Under the pieces are notes generated by a model. That model saw only the letters and a program-made list of their open reading frames with translations, was not told the DNA's origin and ran no database searches. Both the position numbers and the translations under genes were made by a program. A DNA stretch of 63,930 bases, filler included, from Octopus bimaculoides (Eukaryota), in assembly GCF_001194135.2 (NCBI RefSeq). It is 5 parts of 5 records of this genome, joined end to end, with 100 filler letters (N's around TTAATTAATTAA, not from the genome) between each part and the next. Parts side by side here need not be neighbours in the genome. Positions count along the whole stretch, not along the records: positions 9,925 to 40,930 come from NC_068996.1; 4 more parts are not named here. One strand, written 5' to 3'. Shown here in pieces: positions 24,347-36,358 of the stretch (position 1 is the first letter of the stretch; every line of letters begins with the position of its first letter).

Positions 24347-25093
24347 ACGATATAAAAAAAAAATTACACAAGAAATTCCAGCTGTAACCATCTTGCCTTT
24401 TATTCACAAACAATGTTAAGTAGTTGGTGAACGAGCAGAGATAACATGGGGTGACAGGATAACCTGTTCAACCCATTCAACCCATACTAATATGGAAAAC
24501 AAATGTAAAATGGTGATGAAAACTGTATCTATAACTACAGTATCTAATGCATTTTAAAGGTAGTAAGATGGCATTTGAAGGAGATTTTGCTGTAGGATAA
24601 GTGTGCAAATTAGCAGTTCTAAACTCTCGCTACCAGGGCTGCATGTTGCCCTTGAACATCTTTCCAGTGACCGCCAATAGTCTTCCCTCTATAAATATAA
24701 TTGATTTTTCTTTGATTTCTTTCTTTTTTTTTTTTTTTGAGCAAGCCCTCTACAAAAATCAAGGGTTTGGATCTGGTCTGGATATTAAAATGATTAAGAA
24801 CCACTGGTCCAAATAGATGCTCATTTGTTGGCTTAAAATCATATTTTCAGTTGCCTATCGAGACAAATATGGATTTGGATTAATGAGAGCATGGATGAAA
24901 GCTTGTGGAGGATATTGGCAGGCACTGTACAGCAGGGGTTTCACAAAGTATTTTGTTAAAGGATCACACATTGATAAGTAATCTCTACAGCAATGAGAGT
25001 ATTGTTCACAACAGCAACTGTTAAATACATATTAGCAAATAGATATTAACCTTTTGACTGAAATTAAATTTCATGGTTATTCCAGAAATGATG

Positions 25094-25307
25094 TTAAGCC
25101 TTTAGCATTTAAACTGAGCATATCTGGCACAAATATTCTACCAATTATATGTTCCAATCAGCCAGATCTAGCCTTTCACATCTATCATACTAAGTGTAAA
25201 AATAATATCAAAAACCTCAAGCTAGGAGATAATGCATGATTAATCCAAAACAGTGTAAATGAATCACAATTATATTTGACAGAGTAATCTGAATGCTAAA
25301 GGGTTAA
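25094..25307. mobile_element. Second TTAA-flanked MITE family
   Basis: TIR CCTTTAGCATT / AATGCTAAAGGG with TTAA flanks. Related copies at 29769-30120 and about 60250-60424. Confidence 0.7.
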
Positions 25308-25537
25308 ATATCTATGTAGAAAAAAAAAGAAAAAAAAGAAAAGGTTAATTTGACATATCCCAACAAAAATAGTTTAAAACCTGACATCCCTCAACAAAAA
25401 ATAGATTGGGATATAAAACTGCTTTCTGCAGTTGTCAAGGCTAATGAAATTTTAAGTGGATATACATCTGCTTTCCAAAGTAAAAGGGTAAAATAAATAA
25501 ATAAAAATGCCTTTTAAAAAAAAAAAAAAATACTTAC

Positions 25538-25713
25538 ACATAGTTTGTAGTCATTTGTTGTGGCACATCAGTTGCTGCACCCACCATAATGAAAGAATTG
25601 TTAGGAGAGTTCAAATCCCAGAATCGAACACGCATGTCTGATCCTCCGGTTATCATAAACACACTATTATCAGTGGCTGCAATGTACATTCCATAAACTG
25701 ATTCATCACTTGA
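25538..25713 (-). CDS. PIK3R4: PIK3R4/VPS15 exon (SSDESVYGMYIAATDNSVFMITGGSDMRVRFWDLNSPNNSF...TTNY)
   Basis: Similar to human LLTAGSDMKIRFWDL. Acceptor taacag, donor GT|gtaagt, 176 nt. Confidence 0.95.
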
Positions 25714-27494
25714 CTGTTATAAAGAAAATAAAAAAAGATAAATTTCAGAAGCAGTATCATAAAAACTAGAAAAAGTACAACTTTAGGGATATTCTCATAA
25801 TAAAACTCTGGACATTCTATAGATAGCCAAGTGTTTCTAATTAAGTAATATAAAAGTGATGAAGTTCCCGAATAGAATGCATGTGGTTATGGGTTCAAAC
25901 CTGACCAGTACAGTGATGGCATAGATGTAGGATTCCTTGTGTTAATGATCTGAGGTAAATAACTGTTAATCACTTTGTAGTGAGACTTATTGCAAAGTCC
26001 ATAATAGTAACACACACACACACAATTCCTTGTGTGATAGGTTTGTGTACCTATTTTCACTAACCCTGCACTGAATAAAGGATTCAATATTGGATGTAGA
26101 GTGAAAATAATTGTTGTCATCATTAAACGTCCATCTTCCACACTGACATGGATTGACAAGATCCAATGAGCTGCTCCAATGACTGGATGACCTTGCTAAT
26201 GCCAACCATTTTAAGGAGTCTATTGGGTATTTTTCCATGACTGACACATTATTTATTATTAATGACAGTGACTATCTAATTTATGGTTTCACTGATTTCA
26301 GCTTCTCAAAGACAATGTTTGGTAAAATGAAATTGTCTTTATATAGTCACAATTGGTTTAGGGAAAAGGCTGAGATCATAGGTTAAAATAAGCAAAATCA
26401 GTGGGACAGAAAGGGAGGTAAGCATTGGTTATATTTTCTCACTCGCGTCCTTGTTTGCAACTTCAACCCACCACCTCTTCCCTGCACCAGTTATTAGTAA
26501 GTATAAGAAAAATTCCATCTTACCAAACCCTGTTTAGAAGTCAATACCACTGAAACTTGGTAGTAAACAATTGCTATGATTATATAGACATTCATATATA
26601 TATATATATATAAATGCAAACATGCAATGTCTGAGTTTACGGATGTAAAGGAAAAAATGCTACAAAAAGTAGAAGGTAAATACGATTTTGTGTTTATCAC
26701 TGATTATGGAACTAAGTTAGCAGTAAATGTAAAACTGTGTAACAACAGTGAGCTCTAGAGCATTGGAGGCATGTTTTTCTCATCCATCTCAACCTGCTTC
26801 TGATGTTTTTGCGGCAGTGACCAACCATATATAGAGTGATTACTGTACATTGTAGCCATTCTAGACACGGATCCATGATTCAACATTTCTAAACCATTTC
26901 GATCTCATGGAAAAAATTTCTATGTCTCAGAGAACCCCTATGTAAAAATTATTATATTCATTCTTTCTTCATTTTGTTTCTTTTTCCTAAATTTAAATTT
27001 CATGTGAGAAACTAAATGAATCCTAAATCTGTCTTTGAGAGATTTGGCAGTGCTAAATCCATCAAATACCACAATGAAGGGTTAAGAAATTTTGCCTAAC
27101 CCAAGACCTTGTTAAGACTAAATATCTTAATTACTTATAAGAGATAAATTTTCTTTTTCCCTGTTGCCATAGAAAGCATGCTAAAGCAGACACTGGAGCT
27201 TGGTACAGTCCTTTGGCATGTCAGCTTCTGTTGAACCATCCAATCCATATCAGTACAGGAAACTGATGACAAATGGTGATGATGATGCTCTTCATACTAC
27301 CTACAAATATCAATATCTCATAGCCTTAGGGAATATACCATGAATGTATAATAAAATTATGCATGTAGAAATAAACACAGAAATTACTCCACATCACATT
27401 CTTACAAAATCCAGAGCAATCTTCTGTGGAATATTGGCAGGGAAAGAAGCTGTTATGGTATATTATTGCATACAATTTTAGTATATATATATGG

Positions 27495-27815
27495 CACCTT
27501 GGACAAGTGTTTTCTACTATTACCTTGGGCTGACCAAAACCTTGTGAGTGGATTTGGTAGACAGAAACTGAAAGAAGCCCATTGTATATATACATGTATC
27601 TATGTATGAGTGTGTTTTTGTGTCTGTGTTTGTTCCCCCACCATCACTTAACAACTGACGTTGATATATTTATGTCCCTGTAACTTGGTGGTTTGGCAGA
27701 AAACGCTGACAGAATAAGTACCAGGCTTATGAAGAATAAGTCCAGGGGTCGATTTCTTCAACTAAAAAGCGGTTCTCCAGCATGGCATCAGTCAAAGGAC
27801 TGAAACAAGTAATAG
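27495..27815 (+). mobile_element. 5'-truncated family A SINE
   Basis: Matches 61802-62263 from GGCACCTTGG onward. Confidence 0.8.
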
Positions 27816-28231
27816 AATATACTATATATATATATAAAATCATCATCATTTAGTGTCTGCTTTCCATGCTGGCATGGGTTAGATGGTTTGACTGTAACTG
27901 ATAAGCCAGAGACCTGCACCAGACTCCAGTCTGGTTTGGCTTGGTTTCTATGGCTAGATGCCCTTCCACTCCAAGAGTGTAGTTGGTAACTTCTATGACA
28001 TGTAAAAGGCATGTCACCAGCTCTGATTTTTACTGTGATTTCACTTGGCTTGACGTGTCTTCTCAAGCACAGCAAATTGCCAAGGGACTTGATCACATGT
28101 CATCACCTCCATGAGACTCAACATCTGAAAATCATATATGTATTTACATTACTAAACTCTAGGTGCAAGACTATATAATACAGTGGTAGAAGAAACAGTT
28201 ATAATGTCATGCAGTTGGTGTGGTTACGTAC

Positions 28232-28389
28232 ATCTCTGTGAGACAGAGCAGGGGAATTACTAGCCCAGAGGGCCTTCTGTCTGGCTCCGGTCTCCACCTC
28301 CCACATTGACACTTCATTGTTACCCTGAACTGCAGAGAGTACCCAAGACTGCTGCTGTGGATGCATCATGACACGGCGTATCCAAACAT
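28232..28389 (-). CDS. PIK3R4: PIK3R4/VPS15 exon ([53 protein letters not shown])
   Basis: Similar to human [21 protein letters not shown]. Acceptor ttacag, donor |gtacgt, 158 nt. Confidence 0.96.
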
Positions 28390-29814
28390 CTGTAAAGAAA
28401 AAATATAATAAAAAACAACTTGATAGACACGGAGTATAGTGACTATAATATGAGAAGAGTACCTGAAGACTGTGGTTTTGAATTCCCTTGTTCTACATTC
28501 CTGACAATTAACGTCTGTTAATTCCTCCCCTGGGCAAGTATCTTTATAGGTTGACAAATGCCTTGTGAGTGAAGTTAATAGACAGAAGCTGAGAAGAAGC
28601 TCATTGTGTGTGTGTGTACGTGCATGCGTGCATATATATGTGTGTATGAATATCATGGCATATACCCACATTAACAAATCACACCGAAAAGAGTATCTTT
28701 GTTTACAATTTCTGGTTAGTAAAAAGTCCCTAGTTTCAAGCTTTGATGAATCAGCTAAGAGGAAATGAATCCAGACATAGAAGATCTGCCTCGATGTTTC
28801 ATCTAACCGAAGCCAGCAGAGAGAAATGAACATAAAATCAAACAAGGTAGTAGTAGTACTTTCACCTATCTAAAGACTGCTATTTACCTGTGTATTCTAT
28901 CCTGCAACAGAAATGTGCATAAATGGAATCTACAGTGCATATTTTGGATGCAGGAAAGAAAATATAAGTCAACAATGCAGATATATCAGTGTGGGATTAT
29001 TTCGTAATTATGCGATTATTGAGAGTTTATTCCAGAATGTGACACCCTGGGCAAATGTATTCTGCCATGGCTCGGGGTTGTCTCCAAGCCTTATCAGTAA
29101 CAATGTATAGAATGTCACATTAACTCTACTTTTTCTTGAGATGTTGAAACCATTGCATGATGTTAAACTGTGCCTTTAGCAAGGGTTACTCAACTGCAAG
29201 TATTCAGATAGAGTTAATAGTATCATGACTCTACTTCCTTGTATGTGCTGTTCTCCATGAATTGTGGCTCATTCAGACCCACCCGCTTCCCACTACTCCA
29301 AGACCTGAATGGTCATAGAAAAAAGATCTTGACATGAGCATTTCTGAACTTCCTCTTTTGATTAAGACATCATCATCATCGTCATTTAACGTCTGCTTTC
29401 CATGCTGGCATGGGTTGGACGGTTTGACTGAGGACTGGTGAACCAGATGGCTGCACCAGGCGCCAATCTGATCTGGCAGAGTTTCTACAGCTGGATGCCC
29501 TTCCTAATGCCAACCACTCCGAAAGTGTAGTGGGTGCTTTTATGTGACACCGGCACGAGAGCCAGTCACACGGTACTGGCACCAGCCACGCTAATAAAAA
29601 AAGTTTGTAAAAAGTAAATTTAAAAAAACCCCAGGAAGACATATAATTCTTTGCAATTAATTTTTAATGAGTTGTATATATAACAATGGATGTGTATATG
29701 TGTGGTATGTGGGGGTTTGGGTATTGTATTTTCTGGCATACAAATTGGTGTTATAAACATGTAAACTTTTAACCCTTTAGCATTCTGATTTCTCTGTCAA
29801 CTGTAACCTTTATA

Positions 29815-29941
29815 CAGGGTGTCCACAAAGTCTGGGTACAGGGAGTAAATTAAATCATAACATAAACAATTAAATAAAAGAAATAATAATTTCTTAAAGT
29901 ATGTGTTAATCCCCATGTACCCAGACTTTGTGGACACCCTG
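29815..29941. mobile_element. Tc1/mariner-type MITE nested in a TTAA-type MITE
   Basis: TIR CAGGGTGTCCACAAAGTCTGGGTACA with a TA duplication on both sides. Sister copy at 59471-59689. Confidence 0.85.
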
Positions 29942-30285
29942 TATAATCACATTGATTTGAATTAGTCATGTATTACCTTGTAGCTTCGAAATTTCAGTGG
30001 TGTTTGTATATTTTTAGAATGACATTGTAGGATAAGTATGAGAGGTTGGATCAGGTTAGTTTTAAGATAAAATAGGTCGAATATTTGGGTCGGATATGGC
30101 TGGATTAAATGCTAAAGGATCTTTCCAAATCCTGCAGCATTCCACATGAAATTTTTGGTTCTCCAAAGTTGTCTTGGTGTATATGTCAACCTACCTTTTC
30201 CTGTTTGAAAAGTTTGAATTATATGCTGGAAAAAACACAAAAGATTTTTAAATATGTACATTTAAATAAAGGTAAACTTGCTCAC

Positions 30286-30411
30286 CTGCAGGATGTTTGA
30301 TAGTAGCAATTGGTAGATGGAATCTCATATCCCAACAGATATGAGCACCATTACTGGTACCAGTTGCCAACCAACATTGTGATTGATGGATAGCAAATGA
30401 CGTTATTAATC
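30286..30411 (-). CDS. PIK3R4: PIK3R4/VPS15 exon (GLITSFAIHQSQCWLATGTSNGAHICWDMRFHLPIATIKHPA)
   Basis: Similar to human [35 protein letters not shown]. Acceptor tcaaag, donor G|gtgagc, 126 nt, phase 1 to 1. Confidence 0.96.
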
Positions 30412-31814
30412 CTTTGAAATAAACAAAACAAAAGGCATGTATAAGTGTTTGTGCATGTATATATTATATAGAAGAATTATTGAAAATTTGTGGTGGGTGG
30501 AATACTAAGGGTCACCTTCTGCATTAAAAAAAAACCCCAGTTAAGTGAGTGTTTATATCAGGCATGAACAACCTTTTTCAAGAAGCGAGTTGAATGAGAC
30601 ATGGCTCATCATCAGATGGGCTACACAACTTTAAAAAAAGTTATTCATGTTATTTTCCTCAGAAAATTTAGGTGTATCATTAAGAATGTTCCATGGGCTG
30701 CATTTTGCCTGTGACTGGTTTATATAATGTAGTGAGTGAGAGAAAATATTTTATTTATAAAAAGTTCTTGATTCACTACAAGCATTGAGTTAACTGCTTC
30801 ATTCATTGAACAATATATCAGCATATGTGGGTGTATTTAGAGATATGTGTTTATGGTATTTATCTAAGTATGTGCTTCTGTGTATGTGTGTATTAAGAGA
30901 TATTTGTGTGTGTATATGTCTAAACATACATATGTAGTCAGCCAGAAATCAACATCATCATTTAATATCCACTGTCTATGCTGGCATGAGTTAGATGGTT
31001 TGATTGGAACTGGTAAGCCAGAGAGCTGCACATAATTCCAATCTGATTTTGGCTTGGTTTCTACAGCTGGATGCCCTTCCTAATGCCAACCACTCCAAGA
31101 GTGTAGTGGGTGCTTTTTACGTGCCACCAGCACAAGGGCCAGTCTGGTGGTACTGGCAATGGCCACGCTCAATTGGTGTTTTTTACATGCCACCTGCACA
31201 AGAGTCAGTCCAATGTTTTATTCACATGTCACCGGCACAAGTGCCGGTAAGGCGAAGCTGGAAACAATCACGCTCAAATGGTGATGTGTATTATTTCAAT
31301 AAGTCTACTTGTATATCATTTAGAGATATACACACACGTGTATTATTTAGATGAGTGTGTGTATATATTACTTAGATCTGTGTATATTTACATGAATATG
31401 TATGTCTTATTTAGACATACTAAAATAGAACTATCTTTGACCATTCATTTTTTATGAAATAACGAGTGTTATAACAAACTAATTGTAGTTATTAAGATGA
31501 ATATTATGTAATTTGATGACATTCGAATTCAGTCAAACACCATAAATATAATGCCAACTCTACCAATAATCTTTAGTGACCTTCATTGTTTGATGCTAAT
31601 GTCCTTGGTTCATTAACTCTGAAATGATTAACATTATATAATGTTATCACCAATTAAACATTCCCTATATAACATTATCACTGTGTATCATTATGTACCC
31701 TGTACCGTTATGCAACATTATCATCTTATATGACAGGATAAAGATCTTTTATCAATTCAAACCACGTGATGTGATGTAATGTGATATATTATTCACAAAG
31801 GTTTTAAAACTTAC

Positions 31815-31919
31815 CAGTCTTGTATTCATTTTTCAAATTCCAAGCAATATCAGGCATACGTGTGTCCCACCCAATAATATTACCATTCACTGTAGCATAA
31901 GCTAGCACAGACTTAGAAC
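31815..31919 (-). CDS. PIK3R4: PIK3R4/VPS15 exon (GSKSVLAYATVNGNIIGWDTRMPDIAWNLKNEYKT)
   Basis: Similar to human QSVLAYATVNGSLVGWDLR. Acceptor ttttag, donor G|gtaagt, 105 nt, phase 1 to 1. Confidence 0.96.
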
Positions 31920-31964
31920 CTAAAATGAAAAAATAAACATAAAAGAATTGTGTGTACATGCATG

Positions 31965-32012
<48 letters not shown>

Positions 32013-32616
32013 CTCTTCTACTCATTTCAGTCATTTGACTGCGGCCATGCTGGAGCACCGCCTTTATATATATATATAAATTTAATACACAACCAAAAGA
32101 GTTACTAATAATGTCATGCTTTCATGATACTTTAACTAGACATGTTTATAAAATACACCAGGTATCTCAAAGCAATCTTACAGGCTTGGAGATACATGGC
32201 ATATTTTATAAATATGCCTAGTTAAAGTATCATAAAGGCATGAAACTATTGGTAATTCTCTCAGTTGTGTGTGTGTGTGTATATATATATGTAGCGATTT
32301 CCTTCACTACTTCAGTGAGTGACAATCCTGCCTGACATGAGTGCTGGACTTGGCTGGCTCCGGCTGACAGTACCCGGTATGGGCCCCTATCCAGGGTTAC
32401 GGAAAGGAGACAACTTTCAAAGAAATCCGGAGTGGAGCCCCATAGGCAGTTTAGTGTTCAATTCGACACTCTTCCGGTAGTTCCTGCAACCAAGCTGGTG
32501 CCAAACGTAATGCTCTGAACACCTTTGGACTACGTCAGCAAGGTCGAGAGAGGAATCCTGACGGCTGGGCTACCCAGGATTTTCTTACATCTAGCCCAGG
32601 CCTGTGAAAAGGATGC

Positions 32617-32648
<32 letters not shown>

Positions 32649-32788
32649 CAGAGTGGTTGGCGTTAGGAAGGGCATCCAGCTGTAGAAACTCTGCCAGATC
32701 AGATTGAGCCTGATGCAACTTCTGGCTTGCCAGTCCTCAGTCAAATCGTCCAACCCATGCCAGCATGGAAAGCGGACGTTAAACGATG

Positions 32789-32825
<37 letters not shown>

Positions 32826-33442
32826 TACAGAAGAAGTAAGGAGCTATATCCTTCAGGAAGTCACCTTTGTTGTTTCACTATTGCCGTTGCAAATGTCAAG
32901 TGTAAATGTTTTTTTTTAATTTGCATGTCATTAGTATTGATATTGATGCAACACACCCAACAATAATCTCAGAAATAGGCACAAGGTCAACAATAGTGAT
33001 AGGAAGATAATAAGTTGATCCCAGTACTTGTACTTTATATTATCAACCCTGAAGGGATGAAAAGCGAAGTTGACATTGGTAGGATTGGAACTCAGAACAT
33101 AAAAAGAGACAAAGTGATATACTGCAAGGTATGTTTCTGGTGCCTGGATGATCTATCAGCTCATTTGCCATAGTCAACAACAATTTGAAAGTTGTCTAAC
33201 ATATCAAAATTGAAGACAAGGTAAAGAATTTTAATGAGCACATCAAAATATATTTAGTCAATGATTCTGGTAAATTTAACGTTATTTTACAGAGTATTAT
33301 CAGTACTAACAGTGGTGGTATTATCTGAGATATAACAACAATAGCAACGCTAGGATGAAGTCTCAGTAAAGCATGCAAGAACACATGAAATCACTTAAGT
33401 AATATAGCAATCACCATATTGAAAAGTAAATAAAATACTTAC

Positions 33443-33534
33443 CAGAATCAAAAAAGTTCATATCAACAACATGACCATATTTGGAAACATCAACGTTGTG
33501 AGTTATAGCAGCACTCACTTTTCCTGATTCTAAC
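33443..33534 (-). CDS. PIK3R4: PIK3R4/VPS15 exon (LESGKVSAAITHNVDVSKYGHVVDMNFFDS)
   Basis: Ends in VVDMNFFDSG, similar to human CVVDMHHFNSG. Acceptor gtttag, donor G|gtaagt, 92 nt, phases fit. Confidence 0.9.
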
Positions 33535-34949
33535 CTAAACATTTAAATAAAACAGGATATTTAATTGTTTGTGTGTGTGTGTGTGTGTGTGTGTAACTCT
33601 TTAACCGGTCAGTTTCATCTCAAAAGCCACAGTCATGCTGGGGCACCACCATTGACGTTGCTACACTGTCATTATTCGAAACCTTCTTTGATATGTGACA
33701 TTTAATGAATGAGAGAGTTTGATACAGTCCAGTTTGAATATAAAAACAAATAGAATATTTGGACGGGATATGGCCATTGTAAATGGTTAAGAGTTAAGCA
33801 TATGAAGTTAGGGAAAGCAACCAGACTGTCCAGGAGTGTTGCTGAGCTGCTGAAAATGCTTGTGAAGTAGGACAAGTGTAGGTCACTTGCATAATTAGTC
33901 AGGTAACATACTGTGGTGTCATGATGAATGAGTGGCAACAACAACAACAACAACAACAGCTGCCGCTACTGCCACCACCATCATCATTTAATGTCAGTGT
34001 TCCATGCTAGGGTGGGACAGTGCCACAAGAGCTGTGATTGTTTTGGCAGGATTTTTACAGCTGGATGCCCTTCCTAACACCAACCACTCAGCAGAATGGA
34101 CTTAGTGCTTTTTTATGTGGCACAGGTGAGGTCGGTTTTGGCAGGATTTTTACAGCTGGATGCCCTTCTGAACACCAACCACTTTACAGTGTGGACTGGG
34201 TGCTTTTAAGTGGCACCTGCACTGACAGGGTCACCAAGTACTTGCAAGACAATAACTTTTAAGAGGGGAAGAGGCATTGGAGAAGGTGATGATGAAAAGG
34301 CTATAGTGAGACAGATATAGGTGTATTGCTGTAGAGGAAGTACAAAGTTACCTGGCCAGAGAGAGAAAGATCAGGAATGAAGACAGAAAAAGGTGTGCTA
34401 CCACAAAGAAAATACATGGTTTCCCAACCTGAGGGAAGTGCAGGAGAAGGAGAGAGAGTGGGAGACAGCAGGATAGAGATGGTGGTAAAATGCTGAGCAT
34501 ACTCACAAGGAACAGGGAGGGATCAGAGTATAAATGAGATGGTTGAGTAAAGGAAGAGAGAGATGTAGATGGTGGCAAGTGCCAGGGCATACCCTTGAGG
34601 TTCAAATGCCGTAATATAAGTGACAGGATATTGCAAAGAGAGTGCAATTAAAGAGTGTAAGTGGCTAAAGACCTGGGTATATATAGATTTGGGCTACTGG
34701 GTAGCAATGATACAGAGGAACAGGGGTGTGAGGACAGGATTGGAGAGTGAGAGCTAGGCAAGGGGTGAGAGCAAGGCATAATGAATGAAGGAGGAAATGT
34801 GAGAAAGAGATGTAAATTGGTTTGTTGGGGGAAGGGTAAGGGAAAAGTCTTCTTGTTATGTGTGGGTGGAACATCCAGGTCAGGGACTAGCAGATGGCAA
34901 TACTAGAGTGAGACAGGGCATATCATTATTTATTTATACTAGAAAGAAA

Positions 34950-35325
34950 CAGCTATAGAAGCATTAAATTGAAGAATCTGATCATGAAAATGACAGAAAA
35001 AGTCATAGCACAACTGATTGAGAGGAAAATTAGTTTAGATGAGTTTCAGTTTGGGTTTGTGACAGGAATAAGTACCACCAATGCCCTCTTCCTCATAAGA
35101 CAAATTTAGAAGTTCTTAGCCAAGAGTAAGTCATTATACCTAACACTCATTGCCAGGAGTAAGTATTGCTCATACCCTCTTCCTCATAAGACAACTTTTA
35201 GAAGTCCTTAGATAAAAGTCATTGTACCTCACTATACCTAACATTTATTGACCTAGAGAAGGTATTTGACAAGTAGTGTGATGGTCATTAAGAAAACTTG
35301 TGAGAATGGTGTAAGCCATATGCAA
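34950..35325 (+). mobile_element. RTE-like reverse transcriptase fragment
   Basis: QLIERKISLDEFQFGFVTGISTTNALFLIRQ...FIDLEKVFDK, RT motif remnants. Confidence 0.75.
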
Positions 35326-35528
35326 AGAGCTGAAAATAAACTTGAATAAAAATAATTCTATGTCTGGGTGACTGAGCAGAATTTGATTTGACAGTATCAG
35401 AACAAGAGATGAAATTGACAACAGCTTTCAGTTATATATTACTAAGGATCAAGGATTGGTGTAGTCACAATCATTACCAAATCATGTAATATAAATTCTA
35501 AGCGAAAGGAAAAATCTTCTGAACTTAC

Positions 35529-35613
35529 TTGAAGACTTGAATTGAACCATTGTCAGACGCTGATGCCAACATGTCTGTACCTTTACAGAAAGCCATATGC
35601 TGAATGTGGCCAC
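35529..35613 (-). CDS. PIK3R4: PIK3R4/VPS15 exon (GGHIQHMAFCKGTDMLASASDNGSIQVFK)
   Basis: Similar to human [28 protein letters not shown]. Acceptor tttcag, donor AA|gtaagt, 85 nt. Confidence 0.93.
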
Positions 35614-35759
35614 CTGAAATATGATTTCAAAATTAGAATGAAATTAGTTAATTTGATTATCAGATGGAATAAAAAGCAATGCTTTCAATCAATGTTTACA
35701 ATTTTAATATAATATGTGAAAAAAAAAAAAGTCTGAGACCTTTGGAAATATGCAGTGCG

Positions 35760-36358
35760 TGAGAAGACCTGGCAAGCCAAGTGAGACCAAAATCCAAGGC
35801 CTCTGCCAGTGGTGTAGCCAGCCCACTTATGCGTACCTTTCCTACATTGGACACTAAACTCCGCTTGCGAAGCCTTGTTGAGGCAAGTGAAATCGAAGTT
35901 GAACTAAATTCGAAAACTGGCACCCATGCCAACGTCGTCTCCTTCATTGGACACTAAACTCAGCTTGCGAAGGCTTATTGGGGCAAGCGAAAGCGAAATC
36001 GGGATAGCACCTGTGCCTAGCGTCACCTTTCTGACACTTGTGCCCGTGACATGTATAAGGATTTTCGAGCGAGATCATTACCAGTTCCCCTGGACTGGCT
36101 CTTGTGCAGGTGGCACATAAAAGACACCATTTTGAGCGTGGCCGTTGCCAGTACCGCCTGACTGGCCTTCATGCGGGTGACACGTAAAAGCACCCACTAC
36201 ACTCTCAAAATGGTTGGCGTTAGGAAGGGCATCCAACTGTAGAAACTCTGCCAGATCAGATTAGAGCCTGGTGTAGCCATCCGGTTTCACCAGTCCTCAG
36301 TCAAATCGTCCAACCCATGCTAGCATGGAAAACGGACGTTAAATGATGAGGATGATGT
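35760..36358 (+). mobile_element. RTE-type 3' UTR ending in the family D module
   Basis: Subrepeats similar to 17220-17490, followed by the V-like motif and the (GAT)n tail. Confidence 0.7.
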
